Assembly (NCBI GenBank): GCA_016191395.1
Contig: JACPOS010000004.1
Location: 4,166 to 68,165, forward strand
Origin: Chloroflexota bacterium
Lineage (GTDB): Bacteria > Chloroflexota > Limnocylindria > Limnocylindrales > CSP1-4
DNA length: 64,000 bases
Direction of reading: 5' to 3'
Part shown: positions 57,563-64,000 of the stretch, piece by piece
Layout: every line of letters begins with the position of its first letter
Position numbering within the stretch: the stretch's first letter is position 1
Translations under genes and position numbers: made by a program
The notes under the pieces: generated by a model
What the model was told of the DNA's origin: nothing
What the model saw: the letters and a program-made list of their open reading frames with translations, nothing else
The model's database searches: none

Positions 57563-57748
57563 GATGTTCAGTACGGCTACGAACTCGACGAGAACAGCCG
57601 CCCTCGTGCCTGAGTCCGGGGTCCGAATGGGCCCCGGAACCAGAATCCTGTCGATTCTGTATCTCGACCAAACAGATACGCCGAATTCGGGGCTGCAAGG
57701 GGACCCAAGCCGCCGAGGATCGTCGAGTTTGTAGCCCAGTTGAACATC
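57563..57748 (+). ncRNA. candidate structured RNA (or MITE-like element): 28-bp closing helix around three hairpins
   Basis: Arm 57563-57590 pairs with arm 57721-57748 (23 Watson-Crick + 3 G-U + a 2x2 internal loop on the + strand). Internal hairpins at 57616-57637, 57641-57659 and 57659-57679, plus the CCGAATTCGG palindrome at 57681-57690. Confidence 0.35.
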
Positions 57749-57802
57749 GGCACAGCCAGCGGGCCGCGCAGCAGACGTCAGTGCGAATAGTGAAATCGTA
57801 TC

Positions 57803-57833
57803 TTGACAAAGTGAAAGTTGGCATGCCAGAGTA
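57803..57833 (+). promoter_or_regulatory. candidate sigma-70-type promoter of the DUF2089 operon
   Basis: Perfect TTGACA at 57803-57808. CAGAGT follows after an 18-nt spacer (A2 and T6 of TANNNT conserved). About 25 nt upstream of the SD. Confidence 0.35.
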
Positions 57834-57856
57834 GCGGCACGCACGGAAGGAACCGC

Positions 57857-58315
57857 ATGCCGCACGACGTCATTTCAACCTGTCCCGTCTGTTCGAACGA
57901 GCTGACCGTCACGCGCCTCAACTGCCGCTCGTGCGGCACGACCCTGGAGGGCGAGTTCAGCGTCGGCCGATTCGGGCGACTCACACGGGAGCAGCTGCTC
58001 CTGCTGGAGAGCTTCCTCCGCTCTCGCGGGAACCTCCGCGACATGGAGCGCGAGCTCAGCATCTCCTACCCGACCGTCCGGTCCAGGGTGGAGGCGCTCG
58101 TCCGCGCCCTCGGCTTCGGGCCGCGCGCCGACAGCGACGAGGCGGCCGATGACGCGGCCGCGGCTGCCGCTGCCGCCACCGGGGCGGGCGCCGGCACTCC
58201 CACCGCGGACGTCAACGCGGCCCGCCAGGCAATCCTGGAGCGCCTGGGGCGCCACGAGATCACGGCCGATGAGGCAGCCATGGCAATCCGCTCCCTCGGG
58301 AGGGCAGACCGATGA
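57857..58315 (+). CDS. DUF2089-like protein (Zn ribbon + HTH)
   Basis: GGAAGGA SD before the ATG at 57857. CPVCSNELTVTRLNCRSCG Zn ribbon followed by LSISYPTVRSRV, an HTH-like segment. Confidence 0.8.
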   Translation: MPHDVISTCPVCSNELTVTRLNCRSCGTTLEGEFSVGRFGRLTREQLLLLESFLRSRGNLRDMERELSISYPTVRSRVEALVRALGFGPRADSDEAADDAAAAAAAATGAGAGTPTADVNAARQAILERLGRHEITADEAAMAIRSLGRADR

Positions 58316-59259
58316 CCCAGACCAACGAGCACATCGCAACCATCGAGCACGTGATCGGGCCACGCGGCCGGTTCACGCTTCGGCAGGCCTCCGGCGAGAT
58401 CACGCTCAAGGGCGTCGAGGGCGACACGGTTCGTGTTCGCTCCCAGGGCGGCCGCTCGCTCGGAGAGCAGTTCCAGATCCAGACCGGCGACGGCTTCGTC
58501 GAGCTTCGACAGACCGAGCGCTTCGGGATCGGCATCAAGATGTTCACGCGCGGAGACTCGCCGGAGATCGAGGTCGAGGTGCCGCACGGCGCGACGGTCT
58601 CCGTCGAGTCCGCGAGCGCGGAGGTGCATGCCTCCGACCTGAGCGGGACCAAGCGCTTCCGCACCGCGTCGGGCGAGCTCCGGCTGACACGGTTCGCCGG
58701 CGCAGTGGACGCCGAGACGGTGTCCGGCGAGATCGACCTCGACGGCAACGCGCCGCTCGAGCTGACGACGAAATCCATCTCGGGCGATATCCGGGTTCGC
58801 GTCCCCAGCCTGAAGCGGCTGGACGCGGGCACCACGTCGGGCGACATCTGGCTCGATGCGGAGCTCGCCGGCAACGGTCCGTTCGCCATTCGATCGATCA
58901 GCGGCGACGCCACGATCGTCGGCCGGAGCGGCTTCCGCGTCGAGGCGGAGTCGGTCACCGGCGACCTGACCAGCGAGCTCATGCACAAGCGTGAGTCGGG
59001 ACACGGGCGAAAGATCCTGATCGTCGGCAGGCCGGGCCCCACGCTCGCATTCCGGTCCGTGTCCGGCGACCTCCAGGTCGTCCAGTCGCGGGACGCGGCG
59101 CCGGAGAGCGTCGCGGTCAAGACCGCGCCGGAGCCCGCGCCCGAACACCCGGACCTGGACGCGACCCGGCTCGAGATCCTCCGCGAGCTCGAGCGTGGCG
59201 ACATCACCGTGGCCGAGGCGACGGATCGGCTCGGCCGGCTGGACGAGGTGCAGCGATGA
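58312..59259 (+). CDS. DUF4097-like beta-repeat protein with C-terminal SHOCT-like helix
   Basis: Repeated ...SGEI/SGDI... strand motifs (TASGELRL, VSGEIDL, ISGDIRV, TSGDIWL, ISGDATI, VTGDLTS, VSGDLQV). C-terminal LERGDITVAEATDRLGRL. Start overlaps the upstream stop. Confidence 0.75.
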   Translation: MTQTNEHIATIEHVIGPRGRFTLRQASGEITLKGVEGDTVRVRSQGGRSLGEQFQIQTGDGFVELRQTERFGIGIKMFTRGDSPEIEVEVPHGATVSVESASAEVHASDLSGTKRFRTASGELRLTRFAGAVDAETVSGEIDLDGNAPLELTTKSISGDIRVRVPSLKRLDAGTTSGDIWLDAELAGNGPFAIRSISGDATIVGRSGFRVEAESVTGDLTSELMHKRESGHGRKILIVGRPGPTLAFRSVSGDLQVVQSRDAAPESVAVKTAPEPAPEHPDLDATRLEILRELERGDITVAEATDRLGRLDEVQR

Positions 59260-59690
59260 CCGATCCGCTCGAGCGCGTCCTGAAGCTCGTCGCCGAGGGA
59301 CGCCTGACTGCCGACGAGGCAGCACCGATCCTCGAGGCCCTGGATCGCAACCCGCAGCCGAAGGCTCCACCGGCAGCTCCGACGGGACCGGGCCCCGCCT
59401 TCCGGCCGGGGCCGGCCATGGAGCCCGGACCCGGTTCGGGGGTCGGACCGGGCAACGGCGAGGGCCGCTCCGCCGCGCGCTACGCCCGGATCGAGGTGAG
59501 CGAGAACGGGCGCCGCGTCGTCAACCTGCGCATCCCGATGTCCCTGGGCCGGTTCGCGCTGGCGCGGGTGCCCGGGCTGTCGAAGGAGCAGATCGCCGAG
59601 GTCGAGGACGCCGTCACGTCCGGGGCCCACGGCCCGATCCTCGACGTCCAGGATCCCGACGGCGACGGCGTCCGGATCGTCCTCGAGTAG
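59256..59690 (+). CDS. hypothetical protein with N-terminal SHOCT-like helix and Pro/Gly-rich linker
   Basis: VAEGRLTADEAAPILEAL resembles the tail of the preceding protein. Start overlaps the upstream stop. 144 aa. Confidence 0.6.
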   Translation: MTDPLERVLKLVAEGRLTADEAAPILEALDRNPQPKAPPAAPTGPGPAFRPGPAMEPGPGSGVGPGNGEGRSAARYARIEVSENGRRVVNLRIPMSLGRFALARVPGLSKEQIAEVEDAVTSGAHGPILDVQDPDGDGVRIVLE

Positions 59691-59700
59691 GAGGCCCCAG

Positions 59701-59928
59701 ATGCGCTACGCGATCGCCCCATACGTAATCCTGCTCGAGCACGAGCAGGCGGTGCGCAACGCGCGCGATGCGCGCAACGCCCGCGACCTCCAGCTTGCCC
59801 GCGAGGCGTCCCCGACGCCATCACTCCGGCGACGAGCCGGTGAGGCTGTGATCGCCTTCGGCGTCCGCCTCGCGGGCGACGCCCGACCGGTTCGCGACGA
59901 GCGTCGGCTGGCCGCGCGTCCATCCTGA
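59701..59928 (+). CDS. small hypothetical protein (75 aa)
   Basis: GGAGG SD lies 7 nt before the ATG. Third-position G/C bias. Followed by a strong intrinsic terminator. Confidence 0.5.
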   Translation: MRYAIAPYVILLEHEQAVRNARDARNARDLQLAREASPTPSLRRRAGEAVIAFGVRLAGDARPVRDERRLAARPS

Positions 59929-59975
59929 CCGGGCACCGCCGCGCCGCCTCCAACGCGCGTCGACCCGGACAGCAC

Positions 59976-60013
59976 GAGACCCGCGCTCGCGAGAGCGCGG
60001 GTCTCCCGTTTTC
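59976..60013 (+). terminator. rho-independent terminator
   Basis: Perfect 13-bp stem GAGACCCGCGCTC / GAGCGCGGGTCTC with a GCGA loop, followed by CCGTTTTC. The U-tract is only on the + strand. Confidence 0.8.
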
Positions 60014-60345
60014 AGGTGTGAGTCGGAGGGTGACCCGGGCCAGCGATGGTTGCTCCCGGTGCCCGGATCACCCGGCTCTGCCGGCGCGGGTGTCTGAGCT
60101 GATGTTGCCCGCGCGGGGCACGGTGGAGAGGTTGCTCGCGCCACGGGATGCGTCCGCAGTGCTCGCCAGGTCCGGGACCGGCGTGGTCCCGTCCCTGCGT
60201 CCGGACTCTGGAGCCGGGGAGCGGCGTCGATCCGTCATTCGAGCAGACCTCCGTTACGGCCATCCTACGCCTCCCTGCCGCGGACGGAAATAGCAGGGAC
60301 GTTGCAAGAGACTACGATTCCGGCCCATCCCGAGGTGCCAGCCAG

Positions 60346-60912
60346 ATGACCGCTCGACTCCCGTTCACCGGCCATGCCGACGCCGACGCGCTCCTGTCCG
60401 ACGACCCGCTCGCGCTGCTCATCGGGTTCGCGCTCGACCAGCAGGTGACCGTGCAGAAGGCGTTCTCCGGACCGTGGGAGCTCCAGCGCCGCCTGGGCCA
60501 CCTGGACGCGCGACGCATCGCCGCGACCGACCCCGCGGAGCTCGACCGCGTGTTCCGCGAGCGCCCGGCGCTCCATCGCTTCCCTGGCTCCATGGCGGGC
60601 AAGGTCGCGGCCCTGTGTGCGGCGATCGCCGAGCGTTACGACGGCGACGCCTCGCGGATCTGGCGCGAGGCGACGGACGGCACGGACCTCCAGGCGCGCC
60701 TCCTGGATCTGCCCGGCATCGGCGAGATGAAGGCCCGGACCATCCTCGCGATCCTTGGCAAGCGTCTCGGCGTTTCGCTGCCGGGCATGGCGGAGGTGAT
60801 GCCCAAGCACGCCACGCTCGGTGACGTGGACTCGCCGGAGGCACTCGCCTCCTACCAGGCCGGCAAGCGCGCGTACAAGGCCGAGCTGCGCGCCCAGGGC
60901 AAGCGCGTCTAG
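60346..60912 (+). CDS. HhH-GPD-type base-excision DNA repair family protein
   Basis: 188 aa from the ATG at 60346. Helix-hairpin-helix LLDLPGIGEMKARTILAILG is present. No Fe-S Cys cluster. Confidence 0.72.
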   Translation: MTARLPFTGHADADALLSDDPLALLIGFALDQQVTVQKAFSGPWELQRRLGHLDARRIAATDPAELDRVFRERPALHRFPGSMAGKVAALCAAIAERYDGDASRIWREATDGTDLQARLLDLPGIGEMKARTILAILGKRLGVSLPGMAEVMPKHATLGDVDSPEALASYQAGKRAYKAELRAQGKRV

Positions 60913-61243
60913 TCCGGCCGGGGCCTCCGAACGGCGGTGTGAGACCGTGACGGGCGCGCACGGCGTGTCTCCGTCCTCGCCGATTTGATGACATTCGCTG
61001 CACCGCTGGCGTGCGTGTGGGCGGTCGGCGTTCGTCGCGCCGGGGAATGAGCGGCGTGCCTGACCCCGACTCGCTCACCGTTGATGCGACAAAAGTCATC
61101 AGATCGCGGCGACACGAGAGGTATACCGGCGCGGTCAGTCAGAGCGGAGTCCGCCCGAGACGGGTCGCTTGCCACCGAGGCGCCGAGCGTGGGATGATCG
61201 TTGCACAGTCAACGACCAGCGCCCAGGAGAACTGCCCACCATC

Positions 61244-61648
61244 ATGACCACAGCGACCACCCCTGAGCTCGAGCCCGCGATCAGGAGTGCCCTGAAGCAC
61301 GGGCACACTATCGACATCACCACGATCGGGCGCCGGTCGGGCGAGCCGCGCCGGATCGAGATGATGTTCCACAGCTTCGACGGCCACCTGTACATCAGCG
61401 GCATGCCGAACCCGGACAAGACGCGAGCGTGGCTGCAGAACCTGCGCGCCAACCCGCACTTCACCTTCCACCTCAAGCAGCTCGTCCAGGCGGACCTGCC
61501 GGCGACGGCCCGAGAGATCACCGAGGACCCGGAGCGGCGCGAGGTGATGACAAAGGTGGCAGATGCGTGGCACCGAGCCGTCGAGCCGATGCTCACCCAG
61601 AGCCCCCTCGTCGAGGTGACCATCGAGGGCTTCGCCCCGTTCGAATAG
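61244..61648 (+). CDS. deazaflavin (F420)-dependent nitroreductase-family (DUF385/Ddn-like) protein
   Basis: AGGAGA SD precedes the ATG at 61244. TTIGRRSGEPRRIEMMF and NLRANPHFTF motifs are typical of this split-barrel family. Confidence 0.78.
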   Translation: MTTATTPELEPAIRSALKHGHTIDITTIGRRSGEPRRIEMMFHSFDGHLYISGMPNPDKTRAWLQNLRANPHFTFHLKQLVQADLPATAREITEDPERREVMTKVADAWHRAVEPMLTQSPLVEVTIEGFAPFE

Positions 61649-61664
61649 GGCGGGTGCTGCCCGT

Positions 61665-61702
61665 TGCGGCAGCCGACGGCCGCTGCGGCAGCCGACGGCC
61701 GC
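61665..61702. repeat. perfect tandem duplication of the 19-mer TGCGGCAGCCGACGGCCGC
   Basis: Units at 61665-61683 and 61684-61702. Each contains a GCGGC/GCCGC inverted repeat. TTGACG follows at 61705-61710. Lies upstream of the SorC regulator. Confidence 0.6.
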
Positions 61703-61728
61703 GGTTGACGATTGCGTCCGCGCGCCCG

Positions 61729-62751
61729 ATGATGGACGACGATGCACATCTGTTCTGCACAAACGTGCGCAGCGTCACGACCGCGGCGACCGCGACGGCA
61801 ATCGCGCGCGGGCCGCACGTGAGCGACCTGGCGCTCCTCGTGCGCGTGAGCCGCCTGTACTACGAGCTCGGGGAGACCCAGGAGGCGATCGCGGCGCTCG
61901 TGGGCGTGACGCGGCCGCAGGTCTCGCGGCTCCTGAAGGAGGCGCGGGCGCAGGGGGTCGTCGAGATCCGGATCGTCGATCGAGCGGCAGTGGAGTCGCC
62001 CGCGGCGACCATGCTCCGCGAGCGTTTCGGGCTCCGGGCCGTGCACCTCGCGCCGACGCTCGACGGGCCGCCGGACCTGACGCGACGACGCGTCGGCAGG
62101 CTGGCGGGTGAGGTGCTCCGAAGCGCGATCCGCGACGGCATGGTGGTCGGCATCGGCGACGGCGCGGCGGTCTCCGCCGTGGCCGACGAGCTGGAGCCGG
62201 GGACCTCGCAGGTTGACGCGACGTTCGTCCCGCTGTGCGGCGGCTTCTGGCGGGCCGGCGCCGGGGTCGAGCCGTTCCGGCGCATCGCCGAGACCCTCGG
62301 GGCGAGCGTCCAGACGCTCCACGCGCCCGGGTTGCTCGACGACCCGGCGGTCCGCGACGCGCTGTGCGCTCACGCTGGCGTCCGCAGCGTCATCGAGCTC
62401 TGGGACAGACTCGACGTGGCGCTCTTCGGCATCGGCGGCCCCGCCTGGAGCGAGGCCGCGGTCGGGCACGACGCGCTCGCCGAGATCCGCGCAGGCGCCG
62501 CGGTCGGGGAGATCCTGATCGCGCCCTTCGCGATCGACGGCCGGCTCGTCGCCGAATCGCTGCGGGCGCGGACGGTCGCGTTCGATGCCCGCGCGCTCCG
62601 CGGCGTCGCGCTCGCGATCGGCGTCGCCGAGGGAGTGGGCAAGGTCGCACCGATCCTCGGCGCCCTCCGCGGTGGCTTCCTCAACGTGCTGGTCACCGAC
62701 GTCCGGACCGCCGAGGCCGTGCTCAGCCTCGCCGGCGAGGCGGCAGCATGA
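61729..62751 (+). CDS. SorC/DeoR-type sugar-binding transcriptional regulator
   Basis: HTH ETQEAIAALVGVTRPQVSRLLKEARAQGVVEI followed by a SorC sugar-binding-like domain. Start uncertain (ATG 61729/61732 or a downstream GTG). Confidence 0.85.
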   Translation: MMDDDAHLFCTNVRSVTTAATATAIARGPHVSDLALLVRVSRLYYELGETQEAIAALVGVTRPQVSRLLKEARAQGVVEIRIVDRAAVESPAATMLRERFGLRAVHLAPTLDGPPDLTRRRVGRLAGEVLRSAIRDGMVVGIGDGAAVSAVADELEPGTSQVDATFVPLCGGFWRAGAGVEPFRRIAETLGASVQTLHAPGLLDDPAVRDALCAHAGVRSVIELWDRLDVALFGIGGPAWSEAAVGHDALAEIRAGAAVGEILIAPFAIDGRLVAESLRARTVAFDARALRGVALAIGVAEGVGKVAPILGALRGGFLNVLVTDVRTAEAVLSLAGEAAA

Positions 62752-64000
62752 GCCTGCCCGTGCTCCTCGGGATCGACCTCGGGACCACGCGTACGAAGGT
62801 CGGACTGATCACGGCCACCGGCGAGCCGATCGGGTTCGGGCGCGCGGAGCACACGACGGACGTGGAGCCGGCGGTCGGGCGTGCCGAGCAGGACCCGGAG
62901 GCGTGGTGGGCCAGCCTCGGCGGCGCCGTGCAGGAGGCCCTTGCGGGGTCCGGGCGCGCCGATGGGGCGGCGCAAACCGGAGCCCCGGCGCCGGCAGCGA
63001 TCTGCGTCACCGGGCACGGGCCGTCGCTGGCGGCCGTCGATGCCGGCGGTCGCGCCGTCCGGCCGGCGATCACCTGGCAGGACACGCGCTCGACAGCCGA
63101 GCGGGGCGAGCTCGAAGCCGCGACCGGGCTGCGCGGCTGGGCGCTCGGGGTGCTGCCCGCGGCGCGCTGGCTGGAGCGCCACGAGCCCGAGGCCGCTGCG
63201 CGCGCCCGCTGGTACCTGAACTCGTGGGAGGCCCTCGCGCTGCGACTCACCGGCGTGGCGGCCACGACCGTCGTGCCCGGTGGTGCCGCGATCCCGCGCG
63301 CGGCACTTGCCGGGACGGGTCTGTCGCTCGAGCGCATCGCGCCGCAGTCGAGTGCCGGCACGGTCCTTGCCGGGCTCACGCCGGAGGCAGCGCGTCACCT
63401 TGGGCTACCCGCCGGCACGCCGGTGGTCGCCGGACTGGTCGATGCCTTCGCGAGCTTCCACGGCGCTCGGATGCTGGAGGCCGGGGACGCGATCGACGTC
63501 GGCGGGGCGGCCGGCGGCTTCGGGGTCTACGCGGACCGCGCGATCCAGGTCGCCGGCGGCTTCACCACGCCCGCGCCGCTGCCCGGCCTCTACTCCGTCG
63601 GTGGCGCGATGGCCGCGACCGGCGCGGCACTGGACTGGTTCGCAAGCGAGATTCTCCACGGGTCGGTCTCGCTGGTGGAGCTCCTCAAGGATGCCGGTGC
63701 CGTGGGGCCCGGCGCGGAGGGCCTGGTGTTCCTGCCGTATCTCGCCGGCGAGCGATCGCCACTCTGGGATTCCTCGGCTCGCGGCGCCTTCGCCGGCCTC
63801 ACACTTCGGCATACGCGCGCGCACCTGGCCCGCGCGATCCTCGAGGCGGCCGCATTCGCGATCCGGCATGTCGCGGCACCGATGCTCGCCGCGGGCATCG
63901 AGGTCGGCGCCATGCGAGCCTGTGGGGGACCGGCACGGGACGACGGCTGGAACCAGATCAAGGCGGACGTGACCGGCTTCAAAGTCGAGGTGCCGCGCGT
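62748..64000 (+). CDS. FGGY-family carbohydrate kinase (xylulokinase-like); 3' end outside window
   Basis: Not in the ORF track because the frame is open to the window end. My translation gives LGIDLGTTRTK, ITWQDTR, FLPYLAGERSPLWD and GGPARDDGWNQIKADVTG. ATG overlaps the SorC stop (ATGA). Confidence 0.88.
   Translation, partial: MSLPVLLGIDLGTTRTKVGLITATGEPIGFGRAEHTTDVEPAVGRAEQDPEAWWASLGGAVQEALAGSGRADGAAQTGAPAPAAICVTGHGPSLAAVDAGGRAVRPAITWQDTRSTAERGELEAATGLRGWALGVLPAARWLERHEPEAAARARWYLNSWEALALRLTGVAATTVVPGGAAIPRAALAGTGLSLERIAPQSSAGTVLAGLTPEAARHLGLPAGTPVVAGLVDAFASFHGARMLEAGDAIDVGGAAGGFGVYADRAIQVAGGFTTPAPLPGLYSVGGAMAATGAALDWFASEILHGSVSLVELLKDAGAVGPGAEGLVFLPYLAGERSPLWDSSARGAFAGLTLRHTRAHLARAILEAAAFAIRHVAAPMLAAGIEVGAMRACGGPARDDGWNQIKADVTGFKVEVPR

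Noticed and set aside
57563-57748. Calling the inverted-repeat element a mobile element (MITE) outright.
   Set aside because: I see no target-site duplication flanking the arms and no second copy in this window. The G-U pairs favour an RNA helix on one strand. The MITE reading is left as an alternative hypothesis only.
57496-57856. tmRNA, RNase P RNA, SRP RNA or a tRNA in the 360-bp spacer.
   Set aside because: On either strand I found none of the following: a GGGG...UUCGAC 5' end or T-arm/CCA-type 3' end, a GGAAAGUCCGG motif, a GGUCCGGAAGGAAGCAGC motif, or a cloverleaf. The short frame ending ...YELDENSRPRA-stop does not look like a tmRNA tag.
60913-61243. A small gene or riboswitch in the 331-bp spacer before the Ddn-like gene, including ORFs 60909..61175 (-) and 61011..61247 (+).
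   Set aside because: The translations are Arg/Ser/Pro-rich and non-coding-like. Only a modest hairpin (GAGAC-CGTG...CACGG-...GTCTC around 60940-60972) and a distant TGATGAC/GTCATCA dyad were seen, which is not enough to call a feature.
61665-61702. CRISPR array or other long tandem arrays anywhere in the window.
   Set aside because: The only tandem repeats seen are 2 x 19 nt here, 3 x 9 nt at a 14-nt period (34735-34771), and short in-gene codon repeats. There is no repeat-spacer architecture and no cas genes.

Overview
This is a 64-kb, very GC-rich (roughly 70% by eye), gene-dense bacterial chromosomal segment. I call about 64 protein-coding genes, many joined by ATGA/GTGA stop-start overlaps. 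The gene content (thyX, PolX, GT87-like membrane protein, deazaflavin-type oxidoreductase, a large cyclase-ATPase-TPR protein, ECF sigma) suggests a high-GC Gram-positive-like lineage such as Actinomycetota, but I cannot place it more precisely. Most of the window is core metabolism. It holds trpS, hom-thrC-thrB and aspartate kinase-birA. A long co-directional block follows: ECF sigma/anti-sigma, accD, accA, a BCCP-like gene, accC, fabZ, a phosphoesterase, fabF, accB, fabH and fabG. Further on are a GGDEF cyclase, PolX, acs, moaA, a purine nucleoside phosphorylase, thyX, greA, an ABC exporter, and a SorC regulator with an FGGY kinase (3' end outside the window). I recognised no rRNA, tRNA, CRISPR array, transposase, integrase or prophage genes. 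Seven items are most worth a second look. (1) The BCCP-like gene in the canonical accB slot has no biotinylatable lysine, while a normal EAMK accB sits between fabF and fabH. (2) greA is the C-terminal third of a stop-free 442-517 codon frame whose N-terminal part also looks coding. (3) A 929-aa orphan protein combines a degenerate methyltransferase-like region, a zinc ribbon and a C-terminal nuclease-like motif. (4) A ~186-nt element at 57563-57748 is closed by a 28-bp helix and encloses three hairpins. (5) A cyclase-STAND-TPR gene is flanked by two stand-alone cNMP-binding proteins and is co-oriented and closely spaced with an SRPBCC gene and thyX. (6) An identical 13-bp palindrome occurs twice inside the acc/fab cluster, and four DnaA-box-like 9-mers cluster at 42.45 kb. 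(7) A ~60-nt repeat is shared by two distant intergenic spacers. All functional calls come from motif recognition by eye. No database search, covariance model or folding program was run.
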